Assembly: GCF_002571385.2 (NCBI RefSeq)
Contig: NW_019217842.1
Span: 852,020-906,755, forward strand
From: Stylophora pistillata
Lineage: Eukaryota
Reading direction: 5' to 3'
DNA: 54,736 bases
The position numbers and the translations under genes are program-made. Positions 36,901 through 49,449 of the stretch are shown one piece after another. The notes beneath the pieces are model-generated. The model was not told where the DNA came from. It searched no databases and saw nothing but the letters and a program-made list of their open reading frames with translations. Every line of letters starts with the position of its first letter. Position 1 is the stretch's first letter.

Positions 36901-39304
36901 CTTCAATACAGACTGTTATCTGTGGACTGTATTGATTTTCTACTGAGAAGAAGAATCTAACTACAACAAGGTTTCTTGAGCCTATCTACAGCTTCGCCAG
37001 TTCAAAGGTAAGCGAACACGTAGTCTTCATTTGTTCCATGTGAGACGTAACGCGGAAAACAAACTAAAGTTCTACGTTTTACTCTCTCATTTAGTTCAAA
37101 TTAGAATGTTTGCTTCTTTCCTGAATCACAACCAGTTTTCCTCTCTAATGGCAGTTTTGCCTCTCCCCGCGCCATTTCAGATCTTATAATATCACGGGCT
37201 AAATTTTACCGCAAACGATGATTTGAAGTTTATTTGAAGCTTTGTGAAAGATTATTTAAAAATATATTCGCGTGAACTATATTACATCTTAATAATTAGA
37301 ATTTTTTAGGGATCAAAGGAAAGGTTAGAAGGAGTCATAAGAGGACGACCTTCTGAATTCTCAATAAGTTTGGTTGTTCGTGGATTTGACTTTGAACAGC
37401 AAAGAAAAAAAAAGAAAAAAAAGTAACAATTTCAGGTAACCCCTCAACCCGTAAACAGTTTCATAAGCCTTTCATCACCTCCTGTGCTTTGTTACGTTAA
37501 TCTCAGTATAAATAATAAGAAAATCTGTTATTGTACATCGAGGGGATGAACGCCTTAAGGGTTCAAAAAAAAAAAAAAAACTACTGGTGTTATTTTCATC
37601 ACACACAGGCAAACTGGTTTGTCTTTCAAACGCTTTGTAAAAGTAGTCACCTACTCATTCGTTGCTGTTTAAGCAAAGACATCCGATCTGTATGCTTTCG
37701 AGAGCATTTCAGTTGGTTTACTCAAAGCATATAAACTGATGAATATTTCAATGTCATGAAAAACTAGCTGGAGGTAAATGATGTTTAAAGTGTAGATTGT
37801 TAAAGCAACACCATTGGAAGAAGCGAAGCAACAACTAAACTAATGCCAACTCCACAGGAATCCTGTCGATCATTTAATTTGACTGTTTTTTCAGCTGTGT
37901 TGTTAAAGTTTTCACTCATCCATTCAAAGTAAAGACAAGTGATCTGTGTTTTACTCAAGATCATTCTTCAGTGCACATGTTCGTTTACTTACATCACAAA
38001 CCTTACTTACAACTGAACACAAAGATCCTGTTTTCTTCTGTTTACACAGAAGTACACCTTAAAAAATATATCCTGTCCGGAGTGTCTCGTGGAGGTTAAG
38101 AAATGTTTTGAATGAAAGCGTACTTTAGTAATAGCAACGGTCTGTTGTGTCGTAGAAAAACATCTTATTTTATAAAATTTCACAAGCTCTCCGTAAAATT
38201 ATCTTTTGTTTCAATCTCCTCTTTCATTTAAGGATAAAAAAATAAAAAAAAAAAATAAAAAAATTAAACTTCAGGGAATTGCCAGAATTTTTTTATTTAA
38301 TCCTTTTTTTTGATATGATTCCCGAATGGCTCCTTAACTTTGCTGCCCTTTCACTTGCCTTACAACTGCCCTGAAAATTCTTAGGCCTTGACCAGTTTTG
38401 GAAAAAAAATAAAAGCGAATGAAAGTATTTTACGATATCAGTCGGCTGTCTATAAAACCGAATCGCCGCATCAGATCACAGCTCTAAGTAAAAGAATCGC
38501 TGCAGTTCGCCACTCTTTCAATCCATTTCTGTTTGGCAGAACTTGAAACATTTAGTACATACTTAAGCATGTTAAGCGTCTAAAGCGCGCTCTTATTTGC
38601 TACTCAAACCACACATATCCTTTGCTATTCACCTCCGAGCAACTCACGCGGGATTTGCACCCGAAAATAGTTGTCACATGAATAAATGAGTTTAAAACAA
38701 CTATTGGTGATAAATTTACACCGCTCATCTCTACCCAACTCCTTATGAAGAAAAACGTTTCCCAAAGTCGTTATCCTAGGTAGGAGTCGGGTAAGTCCTT
38801 TGATTTTGAGAAGACTCAAGAGTTTTTCTATCTGTCATGTTTAATCTGGACGTCAGATCAGGAAAGTATCCGGTTAAAGCAAACTCTTTTTAACATGGCC
38901 TTAAGAAAAGGGATACGATGAAGTGTCATAGAAGAACAAACAATTCGAATCAAGATTTGCACAATTTGATGATGTACATTAAAAATCTGTTGATCTCTCT
39001 ATATCACGGTAGTTGGATTCTCACACTTGTACTTACTTGCGGTATATATATCATTAAGTTGAACTGGCTTATTCTTCAGTGATTTTAAAGGCTTCGTCCT
39101 TCACTATCGAATATATCAAAAGAAACAAACCGCGGGGTTATTTATAATTCTGCTAATACAATCCCTAATAATACTTCAATAAAAAAGGTTATATTGATAT
39201 TTTCCTGTTCTGTTTGTCAATAAAATCGCACGGATATCTGTCAATACACTGGAGCTATTCTGAATAAATCAACTTGTATTTACTTCTACTTCATAGAAAA
39301 AAAA

Positions 39305-40435
39305 ATGGATGGTAACATTACCTTGAACGCCACAGATTCACCAAACTGTGGGATACCCAACTCGTCTCCACTCATACCCATTTGTCAACTGTTGGCATAC
39401 ACAACCCTTTTTATCATGTCCATAATTGGTAACAGTATCCTCATCGGTGCCATCGTCAACTATCCTCGAACACAGACGATCATTAACTACTTTATCATTA
39501 ACATGGCAGTCTCTGACCTTTTGACATCCGTGTTCGACATGGCGGTGCAGATTTGGCATTACGGTTTGTTGATAGCGGACAAGCAATTTGAATGGTTCGG
39601 CGGTGTTTTTGGAGAGTTCATGTGCAAGTTTGTCGTGTTCATTCAAGGAGCAGCGCAAGCCTGTACCATTTTCACCTTAGCTGCTATCGCTATCAACAGA
39701 TTTCGTGCAGTGATGTTTCCAATGCGTCATGCAGCAAGTAAAACCTCAGTGGTTATGATTCTGCTGCTTATTTGGGGATCGTCCTTCGCTATTGCATCGC
39801 CAATGCTCTACGCTATGCGACTTCACGAAGAGCAAGGTGCCTTTTATTGCAGTGAGAATTGGGAGCCTTTGTTCGACGAAGCGTCATCGCCGAGGCATTA
39901 CACTCTGGTTTTGTTTGGATCACTTTACGTCGCACCTCTCCTGATAATAGCAATTCTTTACTCAGTTATCGCATTTAAACTGTGGGTAAGAACAGTTCCA
40001 GGAAATGTTACAGCACCGAACCTACTGCTGGAGCTCGAGACAAGAAGGAAAATACTGAAGATTTGTATGACAGTGGTTTTTGTGTTTACACTTTGTTGGC
40101 TACCGTTCTATATTTACCTTATGATTCATTTTAATTCCGCGAATAACAGTAAATGTTATCCCCCAGAATACGTAGCTTTCTTGGGGCTCTTTTTTGGCGA
40201 CGCAAACAGTTCTATCAACCCGTTTATCTACATCATATTTAACAGTGAATACCAGAAAGGGATGAAAAAAGTCCTCAAGCGCTGTTGCACTCCTTGCAAA
40301 TCGAATAAAATGCATATGTACTCCAGTAGAAGTACATTGATCAGCTATCCATCCCTTCGGACCTTTAGAGAAATAGAATTAGGCCCAATGGGACAAAGTC
40401 TGCACCATACCAACACCGGATTTAAGTTCACGTGA
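39305..40435 (+). CDS. Class A GPCR, neuropeptide-receptor-like (GPCR-5), 376 aa, single coding exon
   Basis: GN, NMAVSD, C3.25/Q3.32, NRF, CSENW, W.R.VPG, CWLPFY and NPFIY motifs. It is closest to GPCR-4 (shared VPGN.TAPN.L.E and PPEYV.FLGLF). Confidence 0.95.
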   Translation: MDGNITLNATDSPNCGIPNSSPLIPICQLLAYTTLFIMSIIGNSILIGAIVNYPRTQTIINYFIINMAVSDLLTSVFDMAVQIWHYGLLIADKQFEWFGGVFGEFMCKFVVFIQGAAQACTIFTLAAIAINRFRAVMFPMRHAASKTSVVMILLLIWGSSFAIASPMLYAMRLHEEQGAFYCSENWEPLFDEASSPRHYTLVLFGSLYVAPLLIIAILYSVIAFKLWVRTVPGNVTAPNLLLELETRRKILKICMTVVFVFTLCWLPFYIYLMIHFNSANNSKCYPPEYVAFLGLFFGDANSSINPFIYIIFNSEYQKGMKKVLKRCCTPCKSNKMHMYSSRSTLISYPSLRTFREIELGPMGQSLHHTNTGFKFT

Positions 40436-42254
40436 GAAAATCAATCGGTGAATATTTGGGAATGCATGATAACCATCCTGACACATTATTTTCTAACCCG
40501 CAGATCAGTTGACAGTTTCGCGCTCCCCCCTTAAGCCATGCGAGGTAAAAAAAAGACATGATGGAGAGTTTCACTTGATGTAAATTACATTTGCTGCGCG
40601 CGAAAAGTTTACGTCCCAGCTTTCACATAAATGGCAAGCAACTTACCTCCCTCAAATCATAGGGGGCAGTTTTTAAGACGCTTGCCGACGACTGGATCAG
40701 TTGTGAGTTCTCGCAAGAATACACAAACAAACCGCTCCCTTGAGAATAGCGCTAGAAATAAAATCATATTCGAATCGATGACATAAACATAATTTAAAAA
40801 AGGATACTCCTTTGCAGAGATGAATTTTATATAAAAAAAATTTGATCTTCGTTCGCTTGTCATGGAAACGAATCCCATGAAAACAATCTGACCCAAAATA
40901 ATTATATGGCACCGAATTGTACAGAGACCTTTGTTTTCACCAATCCGAGAACATTATCGTAAATTTAGGCTTGTGTTACGTAATGAGCACACTTATTCAT
41001 CTACTCTTTTTGAAAATGTTTGTAACTGTGTTTTAGTTACTAATTTTATTTCGAACCACATTGCACTAATTACAAGTTAGTTTACACTAATATTATAGGG
41101 TCTTACAGCGCAAACTAAGAAAAACAAACTACCACCAGTTTATGGAATCTATTAGTGTCTAAAATCATTAGTTTCCATCCCAGAGATATAGCATGACATT
41201 TGACGTGGCCTATGTTAAGGTTCTTCTTTGTTTTCCTATTGTAATGCAGCCGACCAAATGAATATCAGCTGACCTAGAAATTTTAATGAAAAATGAAATG
41301 TATTTATTTTGGCTGTTAAGCTTAATTGTTAATCAATTTCATCTCGTCATTAAAATGTTCTTCTGTAGTCTCCACTGTTTCATGTAGGCAATAGCTCTTA
41401 CGCATATTTACATCAAATGAATCCCTTATTTTCACGGCAAGCCTCGACAGGTAATCAGTACAAACTGGTATATTTCATGGATAAAGTATCAAATATCTGA
41501 GATTTAAAATAAGATTGAAAGATTGAAAACAAAGGGGGAATGGAAATAGATCCACAGCTTTGCTATTAGAAAGAAGTTTTCTAGACAGACATTTCTTCTG
41601 CTTTGATAGTTCAGCGTTGTAAAATATTTATGTGAGATCTCCAAAATAACGGTTGGAACAATAAAGGCTCAAAGGAGGTGAAAGCTCCAATTTCCCTCCG
41701 CCTCATGGGATCTACAATTGCACATTTGCCTAGAAAGCTCTCGTATCTTATAGTTTATTTGCATGAATGAGAGATAAACTCTCCCCCTAATATGAGGTCT
41801 AGTTTCTGGAAGCCATATAGAAAACAGTGAAGCACGAGGTCTGGCGGGAGTTAGTTGAGGATCTGGGGGCTAGAAATTTCCAGTGACCTTAAGAATTACC
41901 ATGAAATGAGCAAAGTTCACTTATCATTTCCCGAAAGCGATCAGACTTCATCTAATTTTTCAAATGTTGCGAGAAACTTGAATCACGATAGAAATCGTGT
42001 GAGCTAATCATAAGTTTTAAATATGCTCCTAATTTACTTATGTAAAAGTACTTATTAAGTGTGGGAGATTCTAGCGAATTTCCATCTGTGGAGTTAAGTT
42101 GCTTGTACTAAACTGTATTTTGGATTGTTATGCAGGAATAAAATTACATTCCGGGAGGTGTGAGGTGGAATGTCAACAAGTGAATGGCACAAAATCATTT
42201 CAGAGTGCTTATAATTCATTCAATTCATTGGTGGAGCTGCAAGTTGAAGTTGCA

Positions 42255-43670
42255 CTAGTCGTCAATCTTCTTAAATTTTGTCAGGCTAAGACTACTTTGA
42301 CCATTGTGTTTTACAGAGAAGCTTATCCCGCTAACATCCATGGTCTGACGGTGCACACGAGGAACGTCAGAAGTAAAGCAGGGGAGGCAGTGGCAGAGAG
42401 CTTTGAAACCGTTTCTAAAATCCTGGCTAAATACAATGAAGATAATTGGATTTATCACACAGTTACCACAGGCCAGAAAGAGTGCCAGGAATCGACGAGT
42501 AGGAGTTAACACGCAGGGAGAATGGCTGTAGAGTCCCACCATGACATTTATTTTAACCGGAAGCCAGAATAATGCGAACGTAAGAACAGCTGTGATGAGC
42601 ATTTTGAGGACGTTCTTTTTGGCTTTGAGTTCTACTTGTTGATTGGCCGTCGTCACGTGCCCTGGAATCCTTCGCATCCATATCCTGTAGATGATGGCGA
42701 TGTAAAGAATGATGATTTCCAACAAAGGCAAGCCATAAAACATGATGAAATCGGCTGTCGTGTAGATTGTGTTATAGTACCTTGGGATGGCTGGTTCCCA
42801 TATCTCCATACAGTACACAGTTCCGTTGTAATCAACGAGGTCATTGACATAAAGAAAGATGCAACCTGGTAACGCCGGGATAAGCCATGCCAAAAAGATA
42901 AGCTGGATCGCTCTTCGGGAATGAATTAGTCTCTTCAGGGGAAAAAATATGGCAATAAATCGATCAGCAGCAATCAGTGCGAGCGTCAAGATGGCGGAGT
43001 TTATTGTACAAGACGTAAGAAATGCTTGCAGCTTGCAAAGAATCTTACCAGGCCAACCTGTAAAGAATGCACAGAAAGTGTTAAAGAACTAACAAAGGTG
43101 AAGTGATAGGGTCGGAAGGGGGAGGGAGGGAGGGAGAGAGGGAGGGAGGGGGATGTCGAACCTTTGAATTGATCGGCGCATTATGACACCATAATGAAAT
43201 CATCCACAAGTGTAGATAACACAATTGCGCTTTCAAAAAGCTTGGAACTACCACAGGAAGCTCATCGTATAGGACTCTCGCGTCTTGGAAAAAAAATCAC
43301 CAAAAAACAAGGAAAATTTATATTCACCGCCATTTATCTAAATCGAAAAACACAGAGAAGAATTCTTACCAGTAACCGCAAATCCTAGTTGAGGTGCAAT
43401 TCTTCCCGAGATGTCCGGCAGTGTGTTGTGTAACAAGATCAACAGATTCACTGCGCACAAATTTACGATGAAATAGTTTGTTGGAGTGTGCATGCTCCTT
43501 TTTTTCTTAATAATGGTGATCACGACAGTATTGCCAATAATCGAGAAAAATACAACGACCAGAAATGAAGATACTTGGAACCATATCTCTACAGGTGTGA
43601 ACGGTCTGCTGGTGCAGCCAGAGGGCAGTGGAGATGATTCTGTCGTATTGGAACTTGTGCTGTTCGTCAT
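42255..43670 (-). CDS. Class A GPCR (GPCR-6), two coding exons 43670-43370 and 43057-42255, 367 aa; inverted paralogue of GPCR-3
   Basis: A phase-1 intron of 312 nt (GTAAGA...TTTACAG) lies at the same codon as in GPCR-3. It has DRF, FWLPVK and NPIIF, and the identical C-terminus LSLTKFKKIDD. Confidence 0.92.
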
Positions 43671-44054
43671 TCTTTTGACGCTATTCGCACTGGAATAATT
43701 CAATCACTCAATTTCCATCTACAGAGAATCGTATAAAATACGAAATGAAATGACAAGTATTAGTGTTTTGTTTCCAGTAATTTCTTTGAAATAGATCCTG
43801 AACGAAGAATTTGGTTAAAGGTCACCTAAACTTCTATTCGTTATAAGGTCTTGAATCCACAAGAGGAAAGAGGGGTTCCCTGCCCTCATTAAAAAGCAAA
43901 AGCTCTTTATATATACACATTACTTTCTCATGATGGCATTTAGCTTCGGACGGTTACAAGTGCTTCACGCTTAATCGAACGATTTTTCCAAGGATTGTTT
44001 TATACTGAGCACTGGGAAGTCATCTACACTCCTTTAAAAAAAGGCAGTTGTACA

Positions 44055-44355
44055 TGTTGCTTAATCAAAGGAAGAAATAGAATTGGTCAACAGACTCTCT
44101 CCTAAGAAAGGAAGTCGTTGCTTAGTGAAATATAAAAAATGGAATAGGCCAACATACTCTGTCCTACGAAAAATTAAATCGATTGGAAAAAATACGGAAT
44201 AGGTTAACATACTTTCCCCCACGAAAGGAAGTGGTTGCTTAATGAACTGAAAAAAATAGATTAGGTCAACATACTCTCTCCTACGATAGGAAGTTGTTGC
44301 TTGATCAACTGCATAAAATAGAGTAGATCAACATAGTCTCTCCGAAAGCAGTTGC
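44055..44355. repeat. Degenerate ~60-bp minisatellite, about 5 units
   Basis: Recurring aatag.tag.tcaacatactctctcctacgaaaggaagt.gttgctt. Confidence 0.8.
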
Positions 44356-47300
44356 GTATTGGTTGATTGGAATATATTCACCTCTCTTTCTAAAATGAAA
44401 GTTAGAATGTAGATTAAAATTAAAGGGGAATATTTGCTTTGATATACAGTAAGTTATCAATTTTTTGTGACTGAAAAACAATTGTACAGTCTATCATATT
44501 AAAAAAGATACGCTCTATTAAAGAAGTGTTCCTATGCAGCAGCTTGCCTATCTCCTACTTTCGACGCCATTTTTGAAACACTGATTAACAGGATCATTTA
44601 AAAAGATATGTTTGGCACACTAGTCAGCAGACTGATTAAGCAACCCCACTTAAGCTACGACAAAAGCCAATTCTTCCCACACAAAAACCAAAACGTTTAG
44701 GGTAGGAAGATATACAGTTACTTTGTTTGTAACTCATGCAGTAAATTAATTTAAAATGCTCGGCCAGCACAGGAAGCATTGGCTGACAGCTGGTCAAATG
44801 AACAGGCTTCATCTAGAGAACGAATTTGACCGAAGTGTCACTCTAATTGATATGTGTTTGCGAAGATCAAACTTTTCCCTGCACCCTTTTCGATGATATT
44901 GATACTTTGCTAATGCAGAAAAAAAGCGAGCACTCAATAAAAATCATGGAAGGTATAAAGCCGAGAGTCAGAAAAACCTGGCTATGTTTAGGTTCAAGTT
45001 GATCTAAAGAACGTCAAGTTGTAAGTTTCTGCTCTTCACGGCTCGTGGTGTTGTTCAGCTTATAAAGCCAATGACTTGTAGAGGGAAAACAGAAAAAAAT
45101 TACCTCTGATCAACAACCAAATTCACCCCAAAACACGAATGTATAATCGCTACCGAAATCTGCCCAGTGATTTGATGCAGCCTCGAAATACCGGATATTG
45201 ACACCGTAGATACTAATTACAGTAACATCTAAAAGAAAGTGGAAACGTATCATATACGCTTAAACCATAATTTGCAAGTATAACTATGTTCTAGTTGATC
45301 CCTCAAACACGTGCATTGATCCCTTTTAGTTTCGACCAATGAATGATGCTTACTTCTTGACGTTGTCGGTCCTTATCAGTATTCAATTTCTTAGTGTTGT
45401 ATACCATTCCGCTGGTAATTTCCTGAAATGTAATTGACTGGGTAATCATAATTCAATTTGGGTTTAGTTTCGTAAGAGGCTTTTGTGATGTTTCCTGCAC
45501 TAATTAAAACAGGATGAATAAGATCTGTATGTTTGTTGAAATTCCCTTTTTGAGCCATGGCGTTCAAATGGTGAAAATAAGGGCTATTATCATTATCTTT
45601 GATTCTCGCAGAACTTTTTGGAAAGCCCTTGTTTCTAAGAATTTAAGATTAAAGTCATTCTAGGTCTACCGACCAAAACTCTAAAAAAGGCGTATTAGAA
45701 AAATGCTTCTGCTATAACTCCGGATGTCATTTTTAGTTCAAAATCATTTGTGTAAAATGGACTTGTGAGATTGTTTGCGCATACGTCTCTAAAAGTTTGG
45801 CGTGCATTTTTTTCGAATGGTTCTCTTACCCGTGTTAGGATATCATCGCTCCTAATCATTCTTTGATTTCTCCTTTTCAGTTTCTTCTTTTGGCAGAAAA
45901 AGCTACTTGGCCAGTAGTAATTACTATTTGTAAGACAACGACAGGATTTCATATAGATTTGATTTCCGTGACTAATTTGACTGGCCTTGAGCAAACTTTC
46001 CATAAAAAGCCTCTGAATATATTACATTTGCATTAGGGAAAATTCCTACGATAACGTTATGCCCAGGAGAGAGCAAGAATGATATACTGTGTCCACCCTT
46101 CGATAATGGCGACGAGAAAATTGATTGAATTGTTTTTTTTTTTATTTTTTGGAATTTTGAAGCTCAGTTTTTCTCTCTGAGCTTGAGTTTAAAGATTCTG
46201 AAACAAGAGAAACAACTAACTCAGTATAGAAAACACAGGCTGTGATGAACTACGATGTGACACAAATTGCAAACGACAAACCTGAAAAGTGAAGAGTAAA
46301 TTTGTAAAGGCGATGTTGTCGCTTTTCAGCGTGAGTGATTTTACACGCTATTCAACACCAATTGGAAACAACTGGAATCACTAATAAATTGGACGAGCTA
46401 TTTAGTTCAATCTTTTTTTGCATTTTAAGCAGCTACTCGTCACGTTCAGGCCTTTGAAGTCTCTAGAAATGATGAATTTTCAGGACGTTGCCATATTCAA
46501 TTTAATATCGTATCTTAGTGGATACTTGTTTATACGTAAAAGCCATTAAAAGGCTTCCCATCTGCCAAAATCATCAACGACCATTTTGTTACCTACTGCT
46601 GAACGGCGTGACGAAATGCTTGGAAACTTGTTCAAGCAGTCCCCACTCTCCTGGGGACCATTGTGTAGCATCACAAATCAAAACAGGAAGTTAACTTTGA
46701 AAATATTTTTTGGCTCATATTTTGCATAAATAGAGTATTTGAGCAGTTAATCATTAGGTTTAGTGGACATATGACAAAATACTTACACATTTTCGTCGGC
46801 AGTAGTCCCAAAATTAATTGTTACCAATGTTTTTGGCATGCATGTTATTGAGATTCTTGTGTTAATTGGCTGTCTTTAGTTGCATATTCCATCACTGAAA
46901 TTCCCGAGATTTTGGCGTCGAAACGTTTTTCGTGAATGGCATCGTACTGACAACAAAACATACAGCAACACAATGGCGAAAACCATTATGATCACCAGCA
47001 TACACTTTTCTCGTTTATCAGCCATTCATTTCAAATTTTGAAGTGTCAAACCAAAACTTATATCCACGCTAAAGTGTAGAAATGATGAAAAAAACTTTTT
47101 TGTGTCATCGATATAATGAAACTAAACCCGTCAAAATATGCCTGGCAAGGGAATTTCGAGTCAAGTTAAAATCAATTTGACCCTTTTTAAAGATTCCCCT
47201 GATTAACTGGTGCTGGCAGATTGTATGTGATCTATTTCCTAAAAACGTGAACATTTTCATTTTTTGACAAGCCTAAGTATTACCAAAAACTCGAATCCAA

Positions 47301-49449
47301 TTGGACTGACATCGGCAGAAGCTGCATTAGGCTCCACAGCGCATATTTGTGTAAAGATAAAGGGATTACAAGACGGAACTGACGACAATATCATGATAAG
47401 TGAATCACCCCTCATAAATGACGTACAATGTCTTCCAATTCCTGATTTCCTACATTTTTTGCTTCAGCATAGCAATAACAAGATTGATCGTTGGGAATAA
47501 ATGCCATTCGCAACTTCATGAAAACGTTCCTCACTACGCAATAGTCGATAAATCTTCTTAAAGAAGAACCTGTATTTCTCAATCGAGTTAAGTGTTGGTT
47601 TTTTAAAGATAAACCGGTAGCAGTTATCGTTTTTAAAGGCGAGACTAGCCCATCGTCGCTCTGACAAACTCACTGAGACAGGATCGCCGACAACAGAGCC
47701 CGCCACGTATTAGAGGTTAGACAAACTCATTTGTAAACTATTTTTGTACTCGTTTTGCTATAAATAACCAAAGCAAGTAAGAAACGGCGAAGAAAAAAGG
47801 AATCTTCTTGTAAAATTTAATCAAATTGAATGCAAAATTAGAATTCAGGGTTCCTCTGTGCGGTAATAATTTATTGCAGCTGTAAAGCCAAAGGTCTGAC
47901 AAACTTAACTTTGATAATGTGTTTGAGCAAAGGTTGTCTCTCGTCTAGATGTTGCGATGGATTATAGTTGTAGAGTTACTTATTACTGAATCAATAGAAT
48001 AGGATTGTAAAAGATGTAGGTAAACTTGCGAACGCGTAAAAAAATGATTTCTCAGCCAGACAAAAAAGAAGTTTCACCATGCTAAAAATGCATAGAACTT
48101 AAATATTCAAACATTGTCATTTAAAAGTCAGACCCTCATTATCAGCTATATGTTAATGACTCGGGTTCTCGATACCTTGATAATGTCTTTTCCAGTCTTT
48201 ATTTACTGTAAATGAAATGATGTTTGTTTCTCATGGTTCAAGTCCATTATGGAGGATGCTTCGTGTAAAATTATCTTGACAACTTGAATTTTGCCTTAGT
48301 GCGTTGAAATCCAGTAAAAAAATGCGCATGCGTCAACTTCAGAACCTCGTAATGTTGCACAACTATCGAAATAGAACAACTACCATAGAATATCAAGGGC
48401 AAATTTTACTCACCTTAGCTTGAACAATACGTTTTTGACATTTTCAGCAATGCACAACATAAGGATATTTCAGTTCCAATTAAGGTCTAGCACTATATGC
48501 TATTTACAAACATTTTGTTGGTCCAATATCATCTGTAAACATACCAAATAGTTAATCTCCTGAACTCCTTTTAAAATATACTTTGAAAATAAAAAAGTGG
48601 CAAAAGTAATCAGATTAATGTTTACGCTTCGTTTGCTGAGAAATTTGTTTCTAGCACGAACTGTACCCTCAAAATAAGAGGAAAAAAAACTTCATTAAAC
48701 TGTTGGTTTTTCAATCGGAGAATATACGCAAAGGAGATATATTCTTTATGCCCTTACCCTTTAAATTCTTTAGACATATGGATAAATTTTTGTAAACTCG
48801 TCCTCTTCAGTTTTAGTTAAAATCCTTTTGCCTTCTTCGTCCAAAACCGAATAATTGGATGAAATAATCTTTTTGGTTATCCAACCTAAGAATTCATAGA
48901 ATATTTTTCCTTACCTTAAAGTTATTTCAGAACTTCTTTCATCGATTCATATCTGGCAGAACTAACCAATTTATACATAATGAACTACCACTGAAATCAG
49001 AATAGATCTCAAAAGTGGATATGTTTCTCACCCACAGTGAAGTTTAAAAAGTTTGATCTCATCTAGCAATACACCACACAGTGGTTGGTGTAGAGTGCAC
49101 CATTTGTTCGAGCTAGTTTAAATTGTTTCGATGATTCCCGCTGCTATTTTTCATTTTCCGGCCGATGGTCCTCTGCAGAGAGCGGAGCATATATTTGGTA
49201 ACACAAAGTGGTTGATTAATTTGTCATTTTGAAAACAAAGGCTGCAGGTGTATTTTTCTCACACAAAATATAGATGAGCAATTAGTGCATTCAGTAGGAA
49301 ATTATTTTATTGTCCTATTGCGTAGCAGGAGACGTAAAACATCCACACCAATGAACAAAACGAACAATTTTTTAGGGATGTCATGAACCAACTCTGCTGT
49401 ATAAATCACCAATGTCATCAGTTGACTCGCGATGTCGACCTCGAAGAAT

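Noticed and set aside
3381-43670. Opsins among the GPCRs
   Set aside because: None has Lys at 7.43 (the residues are H, Y, C, H, D, C).
44055-44355. Repeat array as a CRISPR
   Set aside because: The units are degenerate along their whole length with no unique spacers, there are no cas genes, and the context is eukaryotic.
48322-48331. NRF1-like TGCGCATGCG motif as a promoter (similar sites near 32630 and 54697)
   Set aside because: No linked transcript or exon can be supported, and at least one site (32630) falls inside a repeat.
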